Shown: piece by piece, positions 16,724 to 26,211 of the stretch
How the letters are laid out: every line of letters begins with the position of its first letter
Numbering within the stretch: position 1 is the stretch's first letter
Source of the DNA: an uncultured Gammaproteobacteria bacterium
GTDB lineage: Bacteria > Cyanobacteriota > Vampirovibrionia > LMEP-6097
Reading direction: 5' to 3'
Length of the DNA: 36,577 nt
NCBI GenBank assembly: GCA_964420165.1
Contig: CAYQSL010000002.1
Coordinates: forward strand, 1 to 36,577
Translations under genes and position numbers: made by a program
Notes under the pieces: model-generated
Databases searched by the model: none
What the model was told of the DNA's origin: nothing
What the model saw: the letters and a program-made list of their open reading frames with translations, nothing else

Positions 16724-19099
16724 ATGACGATTCCAAACAATCCAAGAAACAATATTATTACAAATCAAGAGACGGATAGACTAAATCTAATATTAGATGC
16801 CAGCAATATTGGAACTTGGGAATGGGATCTCATTAGCAATGAGCTTATATGGGATGAGAAAAATCACGAAATCTTTGGTGCTAAGCCTGGGGGAAAAGTT
16901 TCCCATGTTTCAGAATTTAATCATTACGTGCATGAAGAAGACCAGGCATGGGTAACAAAGAAACTAGCAGAAATAATTCATCTAAGAGAAAATGTCTTAC
17001 TTGAATTCAGAATCCGTAGACCTATTGATAATGAAATTCGCTGGATAAGCGCCAGAGGAAAAGTTTACTGCGATTCTAATTCAAATCCAGTAAAGATGCT
17101 TGGAGTTAATTTTGATATTAGTGAAAAAATTAAAACACAAAACAAACTTGAAGAAACACATAATCAATTAGATCTGGTTCTGAGAGCTGCCGAAATCGGT
17201 ACTTGGTATTGGGACCTTGCGAGCAATGATGTAGTTTGGGATGAACAAACACACAAAGTATTTGGAGTCGATCTAGGTAACTTCGGTGGCAGCTTTGCCG
17301 CATTTGCTACTTACGTTCATCCTGAAGATTTAGAACATGTTAATTCTCAGGTCAACAATACCCTCAAAAATGATGCACCATATTTTCTAAATTTTAGAGT
17401 AATCAAACCCAATGGTGAACTGATTTACCTAAATGCAAGAGGCACACTTTACAAGAATTCTTTTGGCAAGCCTTGCAAAATTATAGGTATAGTTTGGGAC
17501 ATAACCAAAGAGAAATTAGCTCAAGCAGAAATTCTAAGAACTAGTCGATTCAAAAAAGCAATCTTAGATAGTGCAGACTATATGATTATTTCCACAACGG
17601 ATAACGGGATTATTACTTCTTTCAATAAAGCTGCAGAACGCCTCCTGGAATATTCTGCGGAAGAAATGATTGGCAAGCAGACACCTGCAATTATTCATGA
17701 TCTTAACGAAGTAGTAGAGTACACCAAAGAATTAAATGAAAAATATAATTTTAATCTAGAGCCAGGTTTTGAAACTTTTGTAGCCAAGTCTAAATATCTC
17801 GGTGAAACAGACTCCAGAGAATGGACTTACATTTCCAAATCTGGGAAACGATTTCCAGTATTACTTTCTGCAACATCATTAGAAGACGATCAGAACCAGA
17901 TTATCGGCTATTTAGGCATCGTTAAAGACATTAGTTTAGACAGGCAAAAAAATGAAGAATTAAAATTCCAACAAAGAATCTTTAAATCATTCATCAAAAG
18001 CACTCCTCTTGCCGTTGCCATGCTTGATGTAAACATGAATTACCTTGTATACAGTGATTTTTGGATTAAAAACTATTCTTTGAATGAAACTAATCTCGTA
18101 GGTAAAAATCATTACCAGGTCTTCCCGGAGATAAAGAAGGCATACCCTCAATGGCTAGAGCTTCATCAACGTTGCCTTAAAGGCGAAACAATCAAGTGTG
18201 AGGGAGAGAAATTCATCCGTGCTGATGGCAATGAAGAATGGATTCGTTACGAGCTGCATCCTTGGTTAGACTTAGATGGCAAAATTGCAGGTCTCATCAT
18301 GTTTACAGAAGTTATTACAGAACAAGTTAAATCAGAAGAAGAGCTACAACGTAAGACCGTCGAGCTTGAAAGATCAAATATTGATCTTGAATATTTTGCA
18401 TACATTACTTCTCATGACTTAAAAGAACCTTTAAGAGTTATTGCAAGTTATTCTAAGCTTTTAGAAAAGAAATTAGCCAAGTTCAACGTCAAAGATGAAT
18501 CAATTTCTTCATATGTTGAATACATAACTTCATCAATCGACAGAATGCAAGATATGATAAATGACATTCTTGCATACTCGCGAGTGGGGCGTAAAACAGT
18601 CTACGAAGAGGTTAGCATTGATAGAATCTTAAAAAATACCTTAATTGATTTATCAACCATAATTATTGATAAAGATGCAAAGATTTCTTTTGATATATTG
18701 CCAACTATGATCGTCTGCGAAAGTGAAATTAGACAATTATTCCAGAATTTAATTTCCAATGCTCTTAAATTTATTAACCCAGGTAGAACTCCTGTAATTC
18801 GGATCTCATCAAAAATGCTTAATGAAAATGTTTGGCAATTTTCCGTAAGTGATAATGGTATAGGAATCGAAGCGGAATTTTTCGAGAGAATATTTATTAT
18901 TTTCCAACGCCTACATACAAGAGAAGAGTTCGAAGGAACTGGTATTGGTCTTGCATTGTGCAAGAAAATCATTGAAAACCATAATGGCAAGATCTGGCTC
19001 GAGTCAAAATTAGGAGAAGGTACCACTTTCTTTTTCACAATTTCGAACATGAGTGCAAATAATAAGCAGCCTGTTGAAATAAGCAATTTAATAGGGTAA
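16724..19099 (+). CDS. Cytoplasmic multi-PAS (about 4 PAS/PAC) sensor histidine kinase
   Basis: Two repeated GTWEWDL/GTWYWDL PAS units plus two further PAS-like units. H-box TSHDLKEPLRV, NLISNALKF, VSDNGIGIE, GTGIGLALCKK. The start directly abuts the upstream stop. Confidence 0.88.
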   Translation: MTIPNNPRNNIITNQETDRLNLILDASNIGTWEWDLISNELIWDEKNHEIFGAKPGGKVSHVSEFNHYVHEEDQAWVTKKLAEIIHLRENVLLEFRIRRPIDNEIRWISARGKVYCDSNSNPVKMLGVNFDISEKIKTQNKLEETHNQLDLVLRAAEIGTWYWDLASNDVVWDEQTHKVFGVDLGNFGGSFAAFATYVHPEDLEHVNSQVNNTLKNDAPYFLNFRVIKPNGELIYLNARGTLYKNSFGKPCKIIGIVWDITKEKLAQAEILRTSRFKKAILDSADYMIISTTDNGIITSFNKAAERLLEYSAEEMIGKQTPAIIHDLNEVVEYTKELNEKYNFNLEPGFETFVAKSKYLGETDSREWTYISKSGKRFPVLLSATSLEDDQNQIIGYLGIVKDISLDRQKNEELKFQQRIFKSFIKSTPLAVAMLDVNMNYLVYSDFWIKNYSLNETNLVGKNHYQVFPEIKKAYPQWLELHQRCLKGETIKCEGEKFIRADGNEEWIRYELHPWLDLDGKIAGLIMFTEVITEQVKSEEELQRKTVELERSNIDLEYFAYITSHDLKEPLRVIASYSKLLEKKLAKFNVKDESISSYVEYITSSIDRMQDMINDILAYSRVGRKTVYEEVSIDRILKNTLIDLSTIIIDKDAKISFDILPTMIVCESEIRQLFQNLISNALKFINPGRTPVIRISSKMLNENVWQFSVSDNGIGIEAEFFERIFIIFQRLHTREEFEGTGIGLALCKKIIENHNGKIWLESKLGEGTTFFFTISNMSANNKQPVEISNLIG

Positions 19100-19109
19100 A
19101 CTTTGCTAG

Positions 19110-19133
19110 GTTAATCCACCCGGGTGGATTAAC
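19110..19133. other. Perfect 24-nt palindrome between the kinase and MCP genes (hairpin or operator)
   Basis: gttaatccaccc/gggtggattaac is self-complementary over 12+12 nt. No U-tract follows it. Confidence 0.5.
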
Positions 19134-19141
19134 TAAAAGGA

Positions 19142-20596
19142 TTGGACCACATGACATTTTTTGATTTTTTTGGTATAGCAAATTGCTTTGAAAATAAAGC
19201 TAAACAGGATGCTCTGAGTAAAGTACAAGCAATCATTGAATTCAAACCCAATGGAGAAATTCTTTCGGCTAACGAGAACTTTCTAAAAGCACTTGGATAT
19301 AGACAATCTGAAATTAAAGGTAAGCACCATAGCATGTTCTTAGAATCAGACTACGCTAAAAGCCGTGAATATTCTGAATTCTGGGAGTCTCTCAAAAACG
19401 GAGAATTCCAAGCTAAAAGATTTAAACGCATCACCAAAACAGGAGATGTAATCTGGATACAAGCTTCTTACAATCCTCTAAAAAATATTTTCGGACAGGT
19501 CTATAAAATTATTAAGTACGCTGTTGATATAACAGAACTTGTTAAAGCCGAAGAGAGTTCTCAGAAATTAATAGAAGAAGGACTGCGCTATCAACAAATG
19601 ATAGATGGAGTGCCGATAAATATTCTACTTGCAGACTTGAATGGAAATATAATCAGCGCTAATCCTGCATCAATAAACACTCTAAAGAAACTTGAACGTT
19701 TAATACCAATTAAAGCAGAGCAAATAATTGGCAGCTCTTATAATATTTTCCATAAAAATCCTGAACATCAAAAGAAATTATTAGCAAATCCAAACAATCT
19801 TCCCCATGCAACCGAGATCACAGTTGGCGAAGAGAAACTTGATTTGCTAGTTACGCCAATCTTTGACAAAGACAAAAACTATACAGGTCCTATGCTTACA
19901 TGGTCTATAGTCACAGAACAACGTAAAGTAAAAGATATGGCAATTATTAGTAAATCTAAAATGGAATCAGAAGTCCTTTCTCTTGTAGATGACACTAAAA
20001 ATGATTCTGAAGAATTACAAAAGACTGTCTGTACCGTAGTTACAGCTACTGAAGAAATGATTTCAAGCATACAAGAAATCTCTAAAAATACTACACAAGC
20101 AGCTGATATGTCGGGGAAAATGGTTGATGCAATTTCTCTAACAGAATCAGTTATTGGAACACTTGAACAAAATAGTAAAGAGATTGAAGATATAGTAAAA
20201 ACCGTAACTACTATTGCAAATCAAACTAATTTACTTGCTTTAAACGCCACTATAGAGGCAGCTCGTGCCGGTAAAGGTTTTGCAGTAGTTGCAAATGAAG
20301 TTAAAGATTTGGCAGCACAAACTTCAGATGCAACAGAAAAAATCAAGACAAAGATTGAATCCATTCAAATGCAAACAAAGGCTGCAATGGATTCAATTAA
20401 ACTTAGTAGCGAATCAGTTAAATCCATTAATCATATGGTTGTTTCAATAGCAAGTGCTGTCGAAGAGCAAACTGCCGTTACTAACGAAATCGGCAAGAAT
20501 ATGAGTACCGCAAGTAGTCGTATAAATAACTTTGCAGGGAGTATCCAAAATATACAAGATACAGTCCAAACTAATATTGCTTTAATACAAGTCTAA
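19142..20596 (+). CDS. Soluble methyl-accepting chemotaxis protein with two N-terminal PAS-like domains
   Basis: [33 protein letters not shown] signalling hairpin. No TM segment. The track start is TTG 19142; ATG 19151 with AGGA 10 nt upstream is an alternative start. Confidence 0.88.
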   Translation: MDHMTFFDFFGIANCFENKAKQDALSKVQAIIEFKPNGEILSANENFLKALGYRQSEIKGKHHSMFLESDYAKSREYSEFWESLKNGEFQAKRFKRITKTGDVIWIQASYNPLKNIFGQVYKIIKYAVDITELVKAEESSQKLIEEGLRYQQMIDGVPINILLADLNGNIISANPASINTLKKLERLIPIKAEQIIGSSYNIFHKNPEHQKKLLANPNNLPHATEITVGEEKLDLLVTPIFDKDKNYTGPMLTWSIVTEQRKVKDMAIISKSKMESEVLSLVDDTKNDSEELQKTVCTVVTATEEMISSIQEISKNTTQAADMSGKMVDAISLTESVIGTLEQNSKEIEDIVKTVTTIANQTNLLALNATIEAARAGKGFAVVANEVKDLAAQTSDATEKIKTKIESIQMQTKAAMDSIKLSSESVKSINHMVVSIASAVEEQTAVTNEIGKNMSTASSRINNFAGSIQNIQDTVQTNIALIQV

Positions 20597-20606
20597 GAGT
20601 GGAAAT

Positions 20607-21473
20607 CTACTTGACTCGTCTGTAGTACGGGAAAGACCCCTCTATCTTGTATTCGAAATTATCAGAAGGTAATTTTGAATTTATATAGTCTACTTGACCA
20701 AGTAGCAGAAAACCATTTAAGTTTATTTTCTTTGCAAGTCTTTCGACTATGCTTCTTTTAGTCTCATCGTTGAAATAAATCAAAACATTTCTACAACTAA
20801 TAAAATCGACATTAGGAATATCACTAGAAAAATCTTCGACTAAATTTGAAGTTTTAAAAGTAACTTTTTGACGATATTCATCTTTTACTTGCCAGTATTT
20901 TTCATCTATCTGCTTAAAATACTGTCTCAAGTAAGTTTCAGGAAGACCTCTATTAAGCTCGTGTGCCTCGTAAATACCTTGCTTGGCTTTATTAATGATT
21001 TGAGCTGAAATATCTGTAGAGAAGAGATTTAAAGCCCAGTTTCTTAGCTCCGGAAACTTTTCATAAAGCATAAAAAGGATACTATATATTTCTTGACCAG
21101 ACGACCCAGCAGCAATCCACATATAGAGTGATTTCTTTGCACGATTGTCATCAATTAATTTCTGAAACATGAAAGTTTCCATGAAATTAAAATACTTAGT
21201 GTCACGAAAGAACATAGTCTCGTGTACAGTTAAATTCTCAAACAAAGCCTGAGACTCCATTTTCTTAGCTCCAGCTACTAAGGCTTTCAGAAAAACGTCC
21301 TTACTTGCCACATTGGAGATTTTCCTAACAGTCTCAAATTGCTTTTTAACAATGGGATGCAGTCTTGGTGCAAAAACCATACCAGTCTTATTTTTAATAT
21401 AATCTAATAACTGCTCTGTCTCAGTAATATTTAATTCATTGTCAATTTCTTTAGTTAATTCTAGGTCAGACAT
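20607..21473 (-). CDS. cheR: Chemotaxis protein methyltransferase CheR
   Basis: ETMFFRD, WIAAGSSGQEIYS, FSTDIS...A..GIY, CRNVLIYF. Confidence 0.92.
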   Translation of the reverse strand: MSDLELTKEIDNELNITETEQLLDYIKNKTGMVFAPRLHPIVKKQFETVRKISNVASKDVFLKALVAGAKKMESQALFENLTVHETMFFRDTKYFNFMETFMFQKLIDDNRAKKSLYMWIAAGSSGQEIYSILFMLYEKFPELRNWALNLFSTDISAQIINKAKQGIYEAHELNRGLPETYLRQYFKQIDEKYWQVKDEYRQKVTFKTSNLVEDFSSDIPNVDFISCRNVLIYFNDETKRSIVERLAKKINLNGFLLLGQVDYINSKLPSDNFEYKIEGSFPYYRRVK

Positions 21474-22542
21474 TTGCTATAAATTCCCCTATCTCATTTA
21501 TTGGTAAAACATAATCACTCAGACCTCTTTCAAATACAGCTTTTGGCATTGCCCAAACAACTGAACTTGCTTGATCTTGAGTAATAGAAAAACAATCAAG
21601 ATTATCTTTCAAAGTTTTCACTCCATCGGCCCCATCTCTGCCCATGCCTGTAAGAATAGCGGCCACTACACTTTTTTTATAAATTTTTGCAACCGATTCG
21701 AACAAAACATCTACCGAAGGGGTGCAAAAGTTTACAGCTGGACCATATATACTATCGACAGTTTGAGTATCGATCATGAGCATATGTTTACCACCAGCAG
21801 CAATATATGCATGACCCGGTTTTATGGTAGTTTTTTCTGACACTTCTATCACTGGAATTTTACAGCTTCGAGTCAATGATTCCGCCAATATTTTCGTAAA
21901 ATTCTCTGGCATATGCTGAACAATAAGAATAGGGAACCTAAAGGTTGAAGGAATTTTTTTTAGCACTTCTTCAAGTGCAGCAGGACCACCCGTAGAAGAT
22001 CCAATGACAACTAATCCAGGGTTCTTAACTTTTGGTTTAGTTAATTTGATTTGACTCTTCTGAGTTAGGGCTGTAGTACTTTCTTCTACTCTTGGTCTGC
22101 TAACTAATTTAGGTCTACTTCTTACATTGGTGACTATCGAAACAATCTTTTCCTTTAAGTTAGCCTTGAGTTTATCCAAACTATTTGTTTCATCTAAAGA
22201 GGCTGAGGGTTTTTGAATATAATCCTTAGCACCAGCAAGCAAACAATCAATTGTTTGCCGACTTCCAGAATTAGTAAGTGAGCTAAAAACCATTACTGGT
22301 GGCTTATTTACTAAGTTGTTTCTCGACTTAAGCTCTTTTAAGAATTCCAAACCATTCATTTCAGGCATTTCATAGTCCAGTAAGACCATGTCAAACTCTT
22401 TAGAAGCTATTTTTTCTAATGCAACCTTACCATTAATGGCTTCATCAATGATTTCAATTTGATCATCATCCTTAAAAAAAGTTTTCAGTATTTTTCTTAT
22501 TAATGATGAGTCATCAACGAGAAGTAATTTAATTTTTTGCAT
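21466..22542 (-). CDS. cheB: Protein-glutamate methylesterase/glutaminase CheB (REC + esterase)
   Basis: REC: LLLVDDSSLIRK, VLLDYEMPEMNG. Esterase: VVIGSSTGGPAAL, IVQHMP, ILTGMGRDGA. Confidence 0.92.
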   Translation of the reverse strand: MQKIKLLLVDDSSLIRKILKTFFKDDDQIEIIDEAINGKVALEKIASKEFDMVLLDYEMPEMNGLEFLKELKSRNNLVNKPPVMVFSSLTNSGSRQTIDCLLAGAKDYIQKPSASLDETNSLDKLKANLKEKIVSIVTNVRSRPKLVSRPRVEESTTALTQKSQIKLTKPKVKNPGLVVIGSSTGGPAALEEVLKKIPSTFRFPILIVQHMPENFTKILAESLTRSCKIPVIEVSEKTTIKPGHAYIAAGGKHMLMIDTQTVDSIYGPAVNFCTPSVDVLFESVAKIYKKSVVAAILTGMGRDGADGVKTLKDNLDCFSITQDQASSVVWAMPKAVFERGLSDYVLPINEIGEFIANV

Positions 22543-22550
22543 TAACCCTT

Positions 22551-25457
22551 TTATACATTTGCTTCTGCAAATAAATCATTTACAATCTTCTTTTCATCTA
22601 AGAGAAGCAGCATATTTTCTCCCATATTATATACACCTCTTAAATAAGAATGAATATTTCCAGGGATGTTACCAGGAGTAACATTGAAGCTATTTTCAGG
22701 CAAATTCAATATCTCGTTAACATTGCCAATTTCAAGACATACTTTTTTATTGTTATATCTTACGATGAGACTTTTTGCTATTTCTTTCTCAGCCGCATCA
22801 ATATCATTAATTTCCAGGATATTCACTAATTTTCTTGAAACCATAATTTCACCTCTAAGATTTAGAAGCCCTTGAACACTGCTTCTACTTCCAGGAGTTG
22901 CGGTAACTTCACTCAAATTAATAATTTCACTTACCGAGTCCAATTTAATTCCAAAGAATAAGTCTCCTAACTTGAAGCTAATAACGCTATTTGCAGAATC
23001 AAAGAGTTGGACTTCTTTATATTCATGCTTATTAATGTTGTCAGTTGAACTGTTTTCTAAAGATTCTGCTGGAACAGAAGATCCTAACATTGTTCCTAAG
23101 TAATCTTCTAAATTGAGAACCTCATAGATTTTGTCTTTAATTAAAGTAGTACCCATAATAAATTCTGAATTCTCACACGCTTCGACATCATATTTCTCTT
23201 GTAGCAAAGCCTGATTATTACCAACGTCTACTGCAATACCATGACCATTAAATTCATAATATAAAGTTTTGATAGTTGCATCATCTGTATTTTCATTACC
23301 AATTGAATTGCAGCCCAATAATTTAAGTAAGTTTATTACTCGAATTACTTTGCCATTAAATTTAGCAAAAGTGCCAATTTCTCTTACATCAAGATCGGAC
23401 TTTTTAATTTCCTCAATCCTACTAGTTTTATTCAATGGGATTAAATAGTTCTTACCATCAGCAAGCATAAAGGCAAGTGTTAAATCACTTGAATTTGAAC
23501 CTGATTGTAGTGCTTTATTTTCTTCTTCAGCATTGATTTTATCAATTTTAGAAAGTTCAGCAATCTTACTAGGATCAAGTATTAGAGCGACTTTACCATC
23601 ACCCATAATTGTAGCTCCAGCATAGTATCTAAAATCTTGATCAGACTCTAAAGGCTTAACTACTATCTCGATAATGTCAGTTACTTTATCAATAACCAAA
23701 CCATATCTATAACCGTCTGCATTAATAACCACATAATTCAGAGTATCGTTATTAAGTAAACTATTCTCGGCATCAGTCTCAATGCCAAGAACTTTAGTCG
23801 AATAGGCAAGAGGCAGTATATTACCTCTCAAGCGAGTAAATTTCTGACCGGCAATATCATCAAAATTTTCTAAATCTTCTTTATTTACAGATGCTACTTC
23901 TTGCACTGCACTTTGAGGAATAGCATATCTTTGATTATTAATAAGAACTACCACACCAGGAATAATGGCCAAAGTAAGTGGTAACCTCATTTTCAAATGA
24001 GTACCTTTACCTTCAATACTGCTAAGCTCAACATTACCATTGATCTTCATGATATTAGAACGAATTACATCCATACCAACACCACGACCAGAAATATTAG
24101 AAGCTTGATCTTTAGTAGAAAATCCTGGATGAAAAATTATATTTAGAATTTGTTGATCATCCATTTGCTCAAGTTCTTCTTCAGTATGAATACCTTTCTC
24201 AATTGCTTTACGTTTCAATACAGCTCTTGAAATACCTTTACCGTCGTCAACAACATCTACATAGATCCAGTTACCACGGTGTTCTGCAGAAAGTTTAACT
24301 GTACCTTTTGGACTTTTACCAGCAGCAATTCTTTCTTCAGGCATTTCAATACCATGATCACAGCAATTACGAATGATATGAGTCATTGGATCAGTAATAG
24401 CTTCGATAATAGTTTTATCAAGCTCGGTATTCTCACCATGCATTTGAATATCAATTTCCCTACCTAGCTGTGAAGCTAAGTCTCTGACTATTCTTGGCAT
24501 TTTAGACCACACTACCGATATTGGCTGCATTCTAGTAGTCATCAATGATCTTTGAATTTCTCCAGTGATCATGTCTAAGTTAGTAAAGCTTCCGCCAAAA
24601 GCAGTTGATGGATTAGTTTTAGACAATTCTAAAATTTGATTACGAATCAGAACCAATTCACCTGCCAAGTTCACCAAATGATCAAGACTATCTACATCTA
24701 CTCTAATAGTTTCTTTGACTTTCGTAGGAGCTTTCTGTTCTTTATTAGTTTCTTTTTTAGGGCTCTCAACTTTTTTCACTTCCACATTTGCAGTTTCTTT
24801 TACAGTTTCATCTTTTATCCCTTCATATAAACCTAATGACTTTAAGGCTTCAATTTGATTTGCATCTAGCTCTGGGACTTCATCACACAATTCAACTTCA
24901 GCTACTGTTTCATTTTTATTACTTGGTTCTTCATAAAGGCCGAGAGACTTTAAAGCCTCAATTTGATTTGCATCTAATTCTTGAACTTCGTCAGTATCAA
25001 GATTAGAAGAATCTTCAACTTCAAAAGAAACATCTTCAAGTTCTGGTCTTTTCAGAGCTTTACCAGATTTAAAATCTGCTTCAAAGCCAACTAACTGTTC
25101 AATTAATTCAGGATATTTATTAGTACCATCAGTACCTTGCATTTGAATAACTTGAAACATTGATTTCATTGCATCACAAACGCCAAGAAAAGTTGAGATC
25201 AAAGCCTTATTAACAGTGCCTTTCGACTGTCTTATCAAGTCAAGGACATTCTCTGATTTATGAGTTAAAGATTCAAGATTACCAAATGCCAAAAAGCCAC
25301 TTGCACCTTTAATGCTATGAATTTGTCTAAACATCGAATCAATGACACTTGGGGACTCAGGATTTTTTTCCAGATCAAGTAAATTATTTTCAAATTCTTC
25401 TAAGTTTTCAGAGCAATCAGTAATAAACTCCGAAATCATCTCTTGCATATCATCCAT
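22551..25457 (-). CDS. cheA: Chemotaxis histidine kinase CheA (Hpt - repeat linker - dimerisation - HATPase - three CheW-like domains)
   Basis: Hpt FRQIHSIKGASGFL (His47), P3 IRVDVDSLDHLVNLAGELVL, P4 HIIRNCCDHGIE...GRGVGMDV. P5 plus two additional C-terminal CheW-like modules. 968 aa. Confidence 0.92.
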   Translation of the reverse strand: MDDMQEMISEFITDCSENLEEFENNLLDLEKNPESPSVIDSMFRQIHSIKGASGFLAFGNLESLTHKSENVLDLIRQSKGTVNKALISTFLGVCDAMKSMFQVIQMQGTDGTNKYPELIEQLVGFEADFKSGKALKRPELEDVSFEVEDSSNLDTDEVQELDANQIEALKSLGLYEEPSNKNETVAEVELCDEVPELDANQIEALKSLGLYEGIKDETVKETANVEVKKVESPKKETNKEQKAPTKVKETIRVDVDSLDHLVNLAGELVLIRNQILELSKTNPSTAFGGSFTNLDMITGEIQRSLMTTRMQPISVVWSKMPRIVRDLASQLGREIDIQMHGENTELDKTIIEAITDPMTHIIRNCCDHGIEMPEERIAAGKSPKGTVKLSAEHRGNWIYVDVVDDGKGISRAVLKRKAIEKGIHTEEELEQMDDQQILNIIFHPGFSTKDQASNISGRGVGMDVIRSNIMKINGNVELSSIEGKGTHLKMRLPLTLAIIPGVVVLINNQRYAIPQSAVQEVASVNKEDLENFDDIAGQKFTRLRGNILPLAYSTKVLGIETDAENSLLNNDTLNYVVINADGYRYGLVIDKVTDIIEIVVKPLESDQDFRYYAGATIMGDGKVALILDPSKIAELSKIDKINAEEENKALQSGSNSSDLTLAFMLADGKNYLIPLNKTSRIEEIKKSDLDVREIGTFAKFNGKVIRVINLLKLLGCNSIGNENTDDATIKTLYYEFNGHGIAVDVGNNQALLQEKYDVEACENSEFIMGTTLIKDKIYEVLNLEDYLGTMLGSSVPAESLENSSTDNINKHEYKEVQLFDSANSVISFKLGDLFFGIKLDSVSEIINLSEVTATPGSRSSVQGLLNLRGEIMVSRKLVNILEINDIDAAEKEIAKSLIVRYNNKKVCLEIGNVNEILNLPENSFNVTPGNIPGNIHSYLRGVYNMGENMLLLLDEKKIVNDLFAEANV
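24822..24992 (-). repeat. Intragenic tandem repeat in cheA encoding two copies of DEV(Q/P)ELDANQIEALKSLGLYE (period 108 nt)
   Basis: Residues 156-176 and 192-212. The 63-nt copies differ at 13 nt in 11 codons, and only one of those codons changes an amino acid. Confidence 0.9.
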
Positions 25458-25607
25458 AAATTCTTTCTACCCGGCTTTACATAAAACATTGAGGGTATTG
25501 CTGCTAAATCAATTGATTGATTTACAAGAGTTTATACCTGGGTCATTTTATTTAAAAAAATTTTCTTCCTAGGGTTAGTTTTCTTTAATTGTGGGAAAGT
25601 TGTTTCT
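25458..25607. promoter_or_regulatory. Divergent control region between cheA and the CheC/X-like gene
   Basis: 150-nt AT-rich spacer between divergent starts. Contains the perfect 12-nt palindrome aatcaattgatt (25507-25518). Confidence 0.4.
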
Positions 25608-26177
25608 ATGCTTTTAGACGAAGATACAAGTAGCGCAATTGCCGAAATCGGCAACCTTTGCATAGCAGGTGGTTCTAACCAAATATCAAACTTCTCCGAA
25701 GAGATGGTAGATATTAGTGTAGTTAGTGCAACCATAAGAACTAAAGAAGAGATCATGCTCGAAATAGATCCTTCAGACACTTGCAAAGTTTATTCAAAGC
25801 TTGATGTAGACGGCGATGTAAAGGGAAACTTTATCGTTCAGTTCTCAGAGGAAATTCTAGAGAATACATTAGCTAAATTCCCAAAAATGCTTTCTGTTAA
25901 AGAAAATAAAAACAGAGATGCAAAACTTTTTGAATTAGTTGGAAATTTCTTTGAAGGATTTTCTCAAGGTCTTTCTGGAATGACTGGCTTAGAAGCAAAA
26001 GCTGTAGGAACACCAGAATTAATTACAGATTTTGATTTCACTAACTTCCCAGAGAAAGTTTTATGTTTTAATTCAGTTATTACAGTTGGAGAAGATAGGA
26101 TTGATTTCACCGTCTACTTCTTTTCAAATGCTGATGTTCTAATACCGAAAGTGCTTGAATCACTTGGTATGGCTTAG
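25608..26177 (+). CDS. CheC/CheX-family protein (putative CheY-P phosphatase)
   Basis: SAIAEIGNLCIAGGSNQIS matches the S-x3-E-x2-N start of the CheC signature. A second, imperfect copy is LFELVGNFFEG...GTP. 189 aa. Confidence 0.6.
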   Translation: MLLDEDTSSAIAEIGNLCIAGGSNQISNFSEEMVDISVVSATIRTKEEIMLEIDPSDTCKVYSKLDVDGDVKGNFIVQFSEEILENTLAKFPKMLSVKENKNRDAKLFELVGNFFEGFSQGLSGMTGLEAKAVGTPELITDFDFTNFPEKVLCFNSVITVGEDRIDFTVYFFSNADVLIPKVLESLGMA

Positions 26178-26211
26178 ATAACGGATTAATAAGGATTTAA
26201 GGATAAATTTT

